From IMG/VR virus record IMGVR_UViG_3300046516_001816, positions 1 through 64,000 of that record: DNA of 64,000 bases; one strand, given 5' to 3'. The notes below the pieces were generated by a model. The model made no database searches and had not been told where the DNA came from. It saw only the letters and a list, made by a program, of their open reading frames with translations. This document shows, piece after piece, positions 29,587 to 38,452 of the stretch. The position numbers and the translations under genes are program-made. Within the stretch, counting starts at the first letter, position 1. Every line of letters starts with the position of its first letter.

Positions 29587-30312
29587 ATGAATCCGAAGCA
29601 TATGGTCCGCGATGCGGACAAAGTCAAAGCCGCGCTGCGTGAAACGGAAGATGGCAAGTTGGTGGCACTCAAACCGGTGAAGATTTACGTGCCGACCCGG
29701 TTTGAGGAGCGCGGGCTCGCCAGCATCGGGATCGAAACGATGATCTGTGGTGTCTACGCGATGACCATCGAAGACAGCTACTACGCGGTGAGTCTGATCA
29801 ATGCAATGATCCGCGTGGAACCGTCCTCGATGATGAAGGTGCTGATCGACGGCGATGAGTACTTTGAATTCGAATTCGACAAGGGTGCCACGGTATTCCC
29901 CTCGCTGGATCTGGTGAAGACCGACTCGCTCGTGTACAAGATCTATAACGAGATCGTCGCTGGGGGGCACACGCCCTGGTATTTGAGCTACACCGACTTG
30001 GCGCTCATCTTCGATACGGCGAAAGAACACGCCGGCGCGAACATCGGGCAGAACCACGAAGTCACGGAGTTGCTCGTGTCCATCGTCGCACGCGACCCCA
30101 AGAACCGTCACGAGTATTACCGTAAGACGATTCAAGCGATCAGCGATCTTCAAACCAACAAGCCTGTCTTCATTCCGCTACGCTCGGTGGAATTTGCGGC
30201 GAGCAATACACTAAACAAACTCGCAGGCAGTTACTTCAGTCGCGGCGTTGTGAGTGCGCTTGTCACACCGACCACCCGTCTTGAGCGCTTGGACGCGCTT
30301 CTCAGTCAGTAG
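29587..30312 (+). CDS. Conserved phiKZ-like core protein (gp176-like)
   Basis: GGAG upstream; motifs RDADKVKAAL, PWYLSY.DL..IFD, NKLAGSYF. Confidence 0.72.
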   Translation: MNPKHMVRDADKVKAALRETEDGKLVALKPVKIYVPTRFEERGLASIGIETMICGVYAMTIEDSYYAVSLINAMIRVEPSSMMKVLIDGDEYFEFEFDKGATVFPSLDLVKTDSLVYKIYNEIVAGGHTPWYLSYTDLALIFDTAKEHAGANIGQNHEVTELLVSIVARDPKNRHEYYRKTIQAISDLQTNKPVFIPLRSVEFAASNTLNKLAGSYFSRGVVSALVTPTTRLERLDALLSQ

Positions 30313-30325
30313 TGGAGTTTTGAAA

Positions 30326-31078
30326 ATGAATAACTATGTGCGCTTTGGGTTCACGGCCTTGAATGGCCTGAACAAGACTGGCAGCATCAAGCCAGACGAT
30401 GCGGGGTATTACCCGGTGGTGCTGGGTGGGCTGGACATCTACAACTCGGCCAACCAGTTCTATCCGTACGCGCCGGCCAAGGAACTCTTCACGGGCTCCA
30501 GCCAGCTGATGCGCCGGGTGAGCAATGGCGCGCTGCGCGGGGAGTATGGTCATCCGAAGTTCATGCCGGGCATGAGTCAGGATCAGTACGCGCAACGCAT
30601 CCTCGCGATCTGGGAAGAGAACGTCTCGCACCACATCAAAGAAGTCACGCTGGATTTCGATAACTACAAGGATCCGTCAGGTCGCAAGTGTATCGCGATC
30701 ATCGGCATGGTGAAGCCCTCTGGTCCGCGCGGCGAAGACCTGCGCTCGTCGCTCGAGAACAAGGACGAGAACGTGTGTTTCTCGATCCGGGCGTTTACGC
30801 GTGACGAGACGTACGGTCGCACCACCAACCGGATCCTGCGCAACATCGTGACGTGGGACTATGTGAACGAGCCGGGCATCTCGATTGCCAACAAGTTCGC
30901 CTCACCCGCGCTGGAAGAGATCGACAACGTGATGTTCACGCGCAAGAATTTCGAGCGTGTGGCCAATTTGCCGGGCATCGGCATGGAGTCGGTGCGCCTC
31001 ACCACCAGCGAGTTGTTCGAGAGCCTCGGCTGGGGCACTCAGAAGGGCGTACAAGCGCCCGGCTGGGCCAAGTGGTAA
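30326..31078 (+). CDS. Prohead (head maturation) serine protease (gp175-like)
   Basis: Motifs GEYGHP (His), FSIR (Ser), TWDYVNEPG; C-terminal ALE and GME are possible autocleavage sites. Confidence 0.88.
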   Translation: MNNYVRFGFTALNGLNKTGSIKPDDAGYYPVVLGGLDIYNSANQFYPYAPAKELFTGSSQLMRRVSNGALRGEYGHPKFMPGMSQDQYAQRILAIWEENVSHHIKEVTLDFDNYKDPSGRKCIAIIGMVKPSGPRGEDLRSSLENKDENVCFSIRAFTRDETYGRTTNRILRNIVTWDYVNEPGISIANKFASPALEEIDNVMFTRKNFERVANLPGIGMESVRLTTSELFESLGWGTQKGVQAPGWAKW

Positions 31079-31094
31079 GCAGATAGCCATGAAC

Positions 31095-31136
31095 GGCTAC
31101 AGAGGCTCCTAGGAGCCTCTGTAGCCTTTTATGCCG
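31095..31136 (+). terminator. Perfect palindrome followed by TTATGCCG
   Basis: GGCTACAGAGGCTCCT-AGGAGCCTCTGTAGCC then TTTTATGCCG. Confidence 0.8.
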
Positions 31137-31162
31137 CATGCCTGCATTCAATCTTTTTTTAC

Positions 31163-31173
31163 TGATATATCAC
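31163..31173 (+). promoter_or_regulatory. Putative phage-RNAP early promoter (ATATATCA)
   Basis: The same motif occurs in AT-rich gaps at 49724 and 54584 and resembles the phiKZ early TATATTAC consensus. Confidence 0.55.
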
Positions 31174-31273
31174 TATCCTGAGCCCAACCGCAAGAAGCCT
31201 TGCAAACGGGATAAAACTTACACGCATAGCGTATTGAATGATTGACTTTAAACAACGGAGATTTAGGAACTCT

Positions 31274-31822
31274 ATGGAAACGACTACCTCGGCACTCTTA
31301 CTCTTCAAAGACGCGAAGTATCGCGTGAGTGCTTTACTCGGCCTGCTCAAACAAGCACCGGTCATCGAGGTCAAACGAGACGACATCAACCCCATCACCG
31401 TGCTGCTGCCGGAGAACGCCAAGTTCAAGGTACAGCTCGAGCCGGACACCCCGGAATTGAAACTCGGTGAAGTCGTCTTTTTCAAGCAGGAAGGCAAGTA
31501 CACCGTACTCATGGGTCAGACCAAAGCCCAGCGCGCCCTGCAAGATGGACAAGCGATCCTCAAAGGTCGACTCGTCACATCGGTCGGTATGAAGAAAGCG
31601 TTGGTCGTGGACATCGTGCGCGAGACCCTGCGCGCAAGCGATCAACCCACGGCGATTCAACAAGCCTTTGCCAAACAAATCGAACGTAAGGCATCGGACG
31701 CACGCACGCATTCCCCGCGCTCAGACGATCGGCCAGCCCGGCCGCCGCACAAGCGCCCCGCCCCCTTTAACGCAACCGTTACGCGGAGAGGCTTCGCGAG
31801 CCGTAACGGAAGCGGGCAGTAA
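31274..31822 (+). CDS. Conserved hypothetical protein
   Basis: AGGA before ATG 31274; basic C-terminus. Confidence 0.7.
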   Translation: METTTSALLLFKDAKYRVSALLGLLKQAPVIEVKRDDINPITVLLPENAKFKVQLEPDTPELKLGEVVFFKQEGKYTVLMGQTKAQRALQDGQAILKGRLVTSVGMKKALVVDIVRETLRASDQPTAIQQAFAKQIERKASDARTHSPRSDDRPARPPHKRPAPFNATVTRRGFASRNGSGQ

Positions 31823-31892
31823 CTTCTCCACGAAACCTTAGCTAAGGGTTTGCAGCATCCTTCACCAATCGAGACCAGTAAAAGGAATCATC

Positions 31893-32435
31893 ATGAGCAA
31901 CATGGCAGACGTCGCAGCAGTCAAAGCAGTTACCCTCAAGCCCACCACGCAAGAACTCGCCGATCGCATGAAGAAGGAGATCAAGGTCGAGAAGAACGGC
32001 CAGGGCAAGATCAGCGAAAACTGGTACGTCGACAACCTCGGCGCCGAAGCAGTGCCCGAAGCCATCAAGGCGAAGTACCCGGGCATCGAAGCGGACATCG
32101 TGCCGATCGTCAAGGGCGTGATGGACTTCAACACGCGTGTGGCAGCCGCCGGCGGCTTCGCCTTCGGTCAACACGCCGAGAAGGTCATGCACAGCCACAA
32201 GGACGTCACCCGCTGCGAACTCGAAATCCCGACCATCGGCAAGGACGGCTTCGAGTTCACGTACGACCGCGAGCGTCAAGTGCCGTCGCGTAACGCCGAT
32301 GGCACCACGGGCACGAAGACGGCGTACGGCATGCTGCGCGTGGGCTATCGCACCTACGGCGCGGAATCGGTCGGCGAACTGAAGAAGGCCAAGGCTTTGC
32401 TGTCGCAATCGGCCACGTCCGTTTTCGGCGGTTAA
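31893..32435 (+). CDS. Hypothetical protein, probably highly expressed
   Basis: AAAGGA upstream; very strong codon bias. Confidence 0.8.
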   Translation: MSNMADVAAVKAVTLKPTTQELADRMKKEIKVEKNGQGKISENWYVDNLGAEAVPEAIKAKYPGIEADIVPIVKGVMDFNTRVAAAGGFAFGQHAEKVMHSHKDVTRCELEIPTIGKDGFEFTYDRERQVPSRNADGTTGTKTAYGMLRVGYRTYGAESVGELKKAKALLSQSATSVFGG

Positions 32436-32623
32436 GTCACCACAGTCGGCGCGCTGCGCGAAGAGTAAAAAGCTACTCACGGGAGGTATCTCATGAATAC
32501 GCTTTTACTTCTTCGCCAGCTGAGCAGCAGTCGTTAGTGCACTTCTTAGCGCACTAACGGATGACTTGTTCTCCTGGGCGAGAGGGGCAACCCTCTCGCT
32601 TTATGCCCTCTTTCTTTTTTGGT

Positions 32624-33061
32624 ATGACGATCATGGCTAAGACAATCCAGATCTACACAGTACAGATGGCAAAGTGGCGGCTGGCACGTGAACTTGGGAT
32701 TCATTTTCTGGACATCACCGCTAAGAGTGGTCAACCAGAATTCGCTCCAATGTACGAAGACGTGATGGCCTTTAAGCACCACAAGCTGAATTGGGATGAA
32801 TATGAGAAGATTTACCGACAGCGTATGTGGCAGTCTAAGCGAGACAATCCGGAGGCCTGGGCGAAACTGAAAGAGCTTCCCGAGAAAGTCGCGCTGGCGT
32901 GTTATTGCAAACCCGACGAGCGTCACTGTCATCGCCATATCTTCAAGGAGATTCTGGGTGACTATTTGAAGGATGCCCATTACGACGTGAGCTTCAAGGG
33001 TGAGCTGACCACTTACTTACCTACACCAAAACAAGATGCTCTGGAGAAAACATGTACCTAA
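32624..33061 (+). CDS. DUF488-like protein
   Basis: Pattern IYT...DIT...FAP...Y..Y...ALACYC......CHR. Confidence 0.7.
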   Translation: MTIMAKTIQIYTVQMAKWRLARELGIHFLDITAKSGQPEFAPMYEDVMAFKHHKLNWDEYEKIYRQRMWQSKRDNPEAWAKLKELPEKVALACYCKPDERHCHRHIFKEILGDYLKDAHYDVSFKGELTTYLPTPKQDALEKTCT

Positions 33062-33285
33062 CCCTTGACATTGGGCTGTTGGTGATCATCGTACTCTGGC
33101 TGACGATCGGCTGGAAGGTGTTCAAAAGCCTGCCCGGTAGCAACCTGGTGGCGTTCAGTCGCTACCATCCGAGACTGGCACCGTTTATCGTGCTCGCGCT
33201 CATTATCTTCTGGCCGGTGGCACGGATCATCTGGACCGTGACCTCGACCGTAACTGCCAACCTCGATAAATACAAAAAGAAATGA
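33052..33285 (+). CDS. Small membrane protein (2 TM)
   Basis: GGAG upstream, two hydrophobic stretches, basic tail. Confidence 0.7.
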   Translation: MYLTLDIGLLVIIVLWLTIGWKVFKSLPGSNLVAFSRYHPRLAPFIVLALIIFWPVARIIWTVTSTVTANLDKYKKK

Positions 33286-33509
33286 CTTACTACGTCGTCT
33301 GGGCCCTGATCTATTTTCTGCTGGGCCTCGCTTGGTTTGACCGTCATCCGGATGTGTGGAAGATCATCCTGAAACATTCGGGTAGCGGCGCTGGAGCCGT
33401 GATCACGGGCAACATCGTCATCCTCACCTGGATCGGCTGGTGCTTTGCCTATCAGCATCACCTGCGTCGCGAGCGCCTCGCTAAACGCAACAAGTTTCGT
33501 CGTAATTAA
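33282..33509 (+). CDS. Small membrane protein (2 TM)
   Basis: ATGA overlap with the previous gene; two hydrophobic stretches; Arg-rich tail. Confidence 0.7.
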   Translation: MTYYVVWALIYFLLGLAWFDRHPDVWKIILKHSGSGAGAVITGNIVILTWIGWCFAYQHHLRRERLAKRNKFRRN

Positions 33510-33534
33510 AAACAAAAACCCAAGGAAAAAAGCC

Positions 33535-34008
33535 ATGACCCTCACCAGCTTCATCAATGAGCCTCACCTGTACTCCCGGGTGCTGCTGGGCATCATCGTG
33601 TTTTTGCTGTCCTGTCTGTGGTTGATCGCCGGCGTGGCGCTCACCCGCTCCAAGTGGTTCGGAGACAATGGCACCATCGCCATGATCCACTACAACTTCC
33701 GCGGGCTGGGCTGGGCGATGTTCTTCTTCTATGTAGTCTGCTGGCCGGCGGCTTTGTTAGCGCGACTGATTATCGAGTTTATCTGGGCCCCGGTCTATTA
33801 TTGGTACGCGGGCTTGAGCGAGCAGATTACCTTGCGCATGACGGCTGATACACGTGCGAGCTTGAAGGAGCTGGAAACCGGCGACCTCACGGAGCTCTTT
33901 CGGCGCATGTGTGGTACGTATCACTTTATCACCGATGCGAAAAAGAAGGGCGGGACGTTTTACCTGATCGATGCTCAAGGTGAGCACCACCATGTGGATT
34001 TCCCCTAA
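33535..34008 (+). CDS. Membrane protein
   Basis: AAGGA upstream; N-terminal transmembrane helices. Confidence 0.7.
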   Translation: MTLTSFINEPHLYSRVLLGIIVFLLSCLWLIAGVALTRSKWFGDNGTIAMIHYNFRGLGWAMFFFYVVCWPAALLARLIIEFIWAPVYYWYAGLSEQITLRMTADTRASLKELETGDLTELFRRMCGTYHFITDAKKKGGTFYLIDAQGEHHHVDFP

Positions 34009-34012
34009 TTGA

Positions 34013-34054
34013 CGGCATAAGAGCCCTCCCCGGTTGGGGAGGGCTTCTATGACG
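34013..34054. terminator. Bidirectional hairpin with CGGCATAA / CTATGACG flanks
   Basis: Stem AGCCCTCCCC/GGGGAGGGCT between convergent genes. Confidence 0.8.
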
Positions 34055-34091
34055 TGTGCTTATTTTTTTGGTCTGAACGAGCCCCAAAACC

Positions 34092-35078
34092 TTAAGCGAT
34101 GACTTGCTCGCCCGGATTGGCGATGACCGACTCACCCGCGTCGAGCGTCATCTGTGCCGTGATCGGCTCACCCGTAGCGTACGTCGACGCGACCGGATCG
34201 ATCTGGCTAGCCGCGATCTGATCCACCTCGTTCTGGTAGCCCGTGTTCGTGTAGAGCACGTTCTGGTCGATCGAGTTCACGAAGGCGTTTTCCGTGTACG
34301 GGTTGGCACCAGCGATGCTGATCGAGGTGAGCAGCTGCTGCGCAAACGCGTCCACGCCCAGGCCGTACTGTGCGATACCTGCGTAGGTGATTTCCACTTG
34401 CAGGTTTTCGTTTTGCACGGTCAGGTCGCGCGAGCCGACGATGTCGCCCGTGGAGAGCGGGAACATGTTCGTCACGAGCCAGGACTTCACCACACGCGTG
34501 TGGGTCGGATCCGGTTCGATGAAGATCATCGTCGCGGTGTACATGTCCGCGAGCATGTCGGTCGGCGGACCGCCAGCCGAGTTCACGTCGGCCGTCGACA
34601 GCGTGGCGATGTTCGCGAACTTGGTGTCCGGGTCCATCATCAGGTTGGTGATCCAGCCCTGGTGGAACATCGTGACGGGCATGCCGTACTTTTCGTTCCA
34701 CGAGAACTGAGGCACCGAACGCTCACGCTTGACGTCGGTCACGTCCTGCTGCATGTTACCGCCGCCGCCGACCGGCGTTTCCGCCACTTCGACGTTCAGA
34801 CGCGCGTTCAGGCCGCTGATGCGCAGCGCGTGGAGTTCCACGAGTGCGCGCAACGTACCCACCCAGACGTCCGGGTTCGGCAGATACTGGAAACCCAGCG
34901 GGGCTTCGATGAGCAAGCAGATCAGGTTCTTTCGAATGTACTGCTGGTTGCTCACCCACTGATTGTAGTTGGGTGTGAAACCCATCTGACCACCATACTG
35001 GAGGTCCAGCATGGGGTTGTTGTGACCTTGTGCGAACGCCGAAGTGTTCTGCAAGATCGCATTAGCGAGACGACCCAT
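34092..35078 (-). CDS. Tail tube protein (gp30-like)
   Basis: Directly downstream of the sheath; motifs DLQYGGQMG, EKYG.P, IFIEPDP, NMFP. Confidence 0.82.
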   Translation of the reverse strand: MGRLANAILQNTSAFAQGHNNPMLDLQYGGQMGFTPNYNQWVSNQQYIRKNLICLLIEAPLGFQYLPNPDVWVGTLRALVELHALRISGLNARLNVEVAETPVGGGGNMQQDVTDVKRERSVPQFSWNEKYGMPVTMFHQGWITNLMMDPDTKFANIATLSTADVNSAGGPPTDMLADMYTATMIFIEPDPTHTRVVKSWLVTNMFPLSTGDIVGSRDLTVQNENLQVEITYAGIAQYGLGVDAFAQQLLTSISIAGANPYTENAFVNSIDQNVLYTNTGYQNEVDQIAASQIDPVASTYATGEPITAQMTLDAGESVIANPGEQVIA

Positions 35079-35151
35079 GATTCAGATTCTCCTGTTGACA
35101 AAAGCGTGACGCGCCGCGCGCGGAGGTGCGCACGCTTTCGTCTGGGTGTGG

Positions 35152-37266
35152 TTAGTTGCCCGACGTGAGGCTGTCGAGGCGGTACGATTCGATCGCGAGC
35201 GTGCCCACCGTCTTCATGTTCGGTGCGTAGATCTGGATCTTCAACGTCCAGCTGTAACCACGCTGAGCGTCCTGACCCGTGATCGTCGTGACCGGCACGA
35301 TCTTGAAACGGTTGTCGAAAATACCGTTGACGGCATTCGTCACGAACTTGTTGATCGCGCTGATCAACTGGCCGTTGCTCATGCTCGTCACGCCCGAGTA
35401 CGTACGACGGGCCTTGTCGCCGATCTTCTCCAGGTAGCAGATTGCCACCGCGTTGAAGAACGAGTTCAACACCGAGGTGTCGTCGTCATAGATCGTCTTC
35501 AGGGCCGGGAAGTACGCCTTGCGACGCTCGAACAGTTCCACACCCACCATACCGTTGGTCCAGTCCTTGTTGCGCACTTGCGCCGGCCAGAACGTCACGT
35601 TGATGTCGCTGAACAGATCGATTTCCGAACCCGGGGTCATGTCGAAGGACTTGCCCGACTTCCACTTGCCGTTGCCCGCACCCATGTACGCAGCCGCCTT
35701 GTAAGCGACTTCGAGCGTGAGGGGGAGCGGCTTCGTGTACTGCGAACCCGTGAGCGTGCCCGAACCGGGCACCACCATGCCGCGCATCGTCGGCGTACCG
35801 AAGTAGTCCGACTCCGGGAACTGCTGGAGGTAGGCCTTCAGTGCCACTGCCATCGACGATTCTTCCGATGCCGTCAGCGTGGGCGACAGGGTCGAGAACG
35901 TCGAGAGGACCACGAACAGATCCTTACGCTGCGAGATGAACTGCGCGAGCGCTTGCTTCGTGGTGAGCGGATAGCCCGAGTCGTAGAAGATCGATTCCGG
36001 GGAACCGACCATATCCATCACCGGGTTGGTCGTGTCGGCATACGCCGCGATGAAGTCCGACACCAGGCCTGCGAACAGCGTGTCGTTCATCGTACCGTCA
36101 GTGCCGCCGGCGGCGTACAGATTGCTGGCCGGCGACAGGTAGACTGCATCCACGTCACCCGTGTTGAGCGCGTACGTCGAGTACGGCACGCCTTGCGACG
36201 TTTGCGCGCCCACGAAGTTGAACAGCCACTCTTCGCCTGCGGCGCCCGTGAAGTCGCTGTAGGTCGTGAGTGCCGCGTTGTGCGCGTATTCCGCTGCGTA
36301 GAACTGGGCAACCAGCGCCTGGATGTTCGCATCGTACACGTGGATCTGACCGAACGGACCGAACTGGTCGGCCGTGCCGTCTGCCTTGTTCAGCGCCTGC
36401 CAGGCCGGGATAAAGATATCCTGGATCGACACTTGCGCATCGAGGGCGAGGTTGATCGTGTTCGGCTTGAACGTGAAGTCCAGGAACTGCGCGCCGTCGA
36501 TCGTCGAGATCGCCTTGGCCGTGCCCGTCGTGGTCGACTTCTGCACGCAGGCGATCCGGAACGGATACACGCCGTCGTTTTCGAGGATCGACTGGTTCAG
36601 CGGCGTGCTCGACTTCAACGTCGGGGCCCAGAGGCGGATCCCGTTGTTGTTGCCGTACGCGCCGAAGCTCGGCACTTGCAGGTCGAGGATCGGGGTGCGC
36701 TGGGACGTGCCCGTGCCGCCCGTGAACGTCAAGTCACCTGCCTTTTCTACCGCCGCGCCAAAATCGCTCACGCCTTCGACGACTTGGACTTGTTCCAGCA
36801 CCCATTTGGCGATGAAGCCCGGGGCCGTCGCGCCACCACCGGTGACCGGCACGGGGTTACCCGAGGTGTCGGTCTTGAACGAACCGTCGGCATTGCGCTG
36901 GTATTGCGGCATCTGGACGGGCAGCACGTCCAAGAACAGGCGCAGCGTGGCCGGGGGTGCTGCATCGGCCGGTTGCATGCGCTTGACTTGAATCGCGTTG
37001 CCCTGACCGTTCACGAGTTTCGCGAGTACGGTCGCGTGGTTAGCCCACGGCTTGCGCAGATCGAAAGAATCCGCGCCGTAAATCGTCGTCAGGTCCGCAC
37101 CGCTGACAAGCTCAGTCGTCAGTGGGCCTTGCTGGGTGTAGAGCGGAATCAGCGGCAAGTGCTGCGGAATCTGCTCCGGCGCCGGTGTCACCTGTTGGGT
37201 GCTGAGGTCATCAGCGCCCTGGAAGATGGTCATCGGAGCGCCATTGACAATCTGTGCAGTTGTCAT
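35152..37266 (-). CDS. Contractile tail sheath protein (gp29-like)
   Basis: 704 aa; motifs NGAP...G..D.S, PQHLP, YDSGY, FPES.YFGTP, D..RGYSW, NMKTV. Confidence 0.88.
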   Translation of the reverse strand: MTTAQIVNGAPMTIFQGADDLSTQQVTPAPEQIPQHLPLIPLYTQQGPLTTELVSGADLTTIYGADSFDLRKPWANHATVLAKLVNGQGNAIQVKRMQPADAAPPATLRLFLDVLPVQMPQYQRNADGSFKTDTSGNPVPVTGGGATAPGFIAKWVLEQVQVVEGVSDFGAAVEKAGDLTFTGGTGTSQRTPILDLQVPSFGAYGNNNGIRLWAPTLKSSTPLNQSILENDGVYPFRIACVQKSTTTGTAKAISTIDGAQFLDFTFKPNTINLALDAQVSIQDIFIPAWQALNKADGTADQFGPFGQIHVYDANIQALVAQFYAAEYAHNAALTTYSDFTGAAGEEWLFNFVGAQTSQGVPYSTYALNTGDVDAVYLSPASNLYAAGGTDGTMNDTLFAGLVSDFIAAYADTTNPVMDMVGSPESIFYDSGYPLTTKQALAQFISQRKDLFVVLSTFSTLSPTLTASEESSMAVALKAYLQQFPESDYFGTPTMRGMVVPGSGTLTGSQYTKPLPLTLEVAYKAAAYMGAGNGKWKSGKSFDMTPGSEIDLFSDINVTFWPAQVRNKDWTNGMVGVELFERRKAYFPALKTIYDDDTSVLNSFFNAVAICYLEKIGDKARRTYSGVTSMSNGQLISAINKFVTNAVNGIFDNRFKIVPVTTITGQDAQRGYSWTLKIQIYAPNMKTVGTLAIESYRLDSLTSGN

Positions 37267-37462
37267 GGTTGAGTTCCTGTCAATAATGGTATGGTTTCGA
37301 AGACGATGCGCCGCATCATAGTAATTCGGGCGTTTTTTACGTGGGTCACGGTGAGCTTTGCGTGCATAACACGCCTCACTCGGCCCGTCCGAATTTCGTT
37401 TTTATAAGACATAGGATGCTAGATAAAATTTGTCTAGTATTAGATTCCATGAGGCTTGGGCT

Positions 37463-38383
37463 ATGAATCATTTTGCTACCGCATACGACACGACGGTGTG
37501 CGCGGGCTACGTACTGGACAAATTGCAAGAAGGCATCCAGCTCGCCCTGATCAAAGGTGATCTGGCATTTAGCCGGATTCCCAACACCCGCATCTTTCAA
37601 GTAAAGGCGATGGGGGCCACGATGGCCTCGATCCCGGAGTTCGCGCATCCGTTCCCGTTTGAGTATAACGGCGAGAAATGTCTGGCGATCGACGTGCGTC
37701 CGTTCGGCCATTACGATCGCCTCAAGGGTGACTTCGTGGTGCGCAACCCGATCGAGTATCAGTTGCTGGTCACGCGGGCCAAACTCAACGACATCTGGTT
37801 GAGCGACGAGTACGCGACGCTGCGTGATATCTCACCGATGGCACTTGCCTACTTTGCGTCCTGGATTGCGGAGAACGTGGCGCGCCGCTTTGGTCTCGAT
37901 CCGCGTGAGCAGTTGAACCTGGCGATTCTCGCAGCCTTCCACTACCAGTGCCTGTTCCTGCACGACGACCAGCTCCCGGAAGCGGGCAAGCTCAAGATGG
38001 TGGCGGCGATTTCGCGGGCGCTGCGCTGCTCGGCGCAAGATGTGCTGGCCGTGCTCGATGAACAACACCAGCCGTGCTTCTCGATTGCGCAGTTCTGCGC
38101 GGAAGCGAAGACGGCCACCAAGAGCGTGCGGCTGCAAGACTTCAATCCGGGCGTGCTGATCTCGATCATCAAGGGCACCTGGTTTGGCGTGCACTCGCAA
38201 GAACTCCTGGGCGTGGCGACGGAACATCCGCCCACCTGGCTGGCGGTGCTACTGGCCGCGCACGTCGAGCGCACCTACAAGAATACGATGCTCGGACGCC
38301 TGGTCGAGAAGCAAGCGCAACGCGAAGGCGGACAGCAGTTCGTGCGAGCCGTGGGTAAGCTCACCGAGTTGGCGACGATTTAA
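37463..38383 (+). CDS. Virion structural protein (gp28-like)
   Basis: N-terminal TAYDTT; motifs FAHP, IDVRPF, EHPPTW; synteny. Confidence 0.7.
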   Translation: MNHFATAYDTTVCAGYVLDKLQEGIQLALIKGDLAFSRIPNTRIFQVKAMGATMASIPEFAHPFPFEYNGEKCLAIDVRPFGHYDRLKGDFVVRNPIEYQLLVTRAKLNDIWLSDEYATLRDISPMALAYFASWIAENVARRFGLDPREQLNLAILAAFHYQCLFLHDDQLPEAGKLKMVAAISRALRCSAQDVLAVLDEQHQPCFSIAQFCAEAKTATKSVRLQDFNPGVLISIIKGTWFGVHSQELLGVATEHPPTWLAVLLAAHVERTYKNTMLGRLVEKQAQREGGQQFVRAVGKLTELATI

Positions 38384-38452
38384 ATCCCCTGACGCCTGGA
38401 GCGAGCTCAGTCGGGCTCGTCTCCAGGTTTTATTCACCAATCGGGATGGCTT

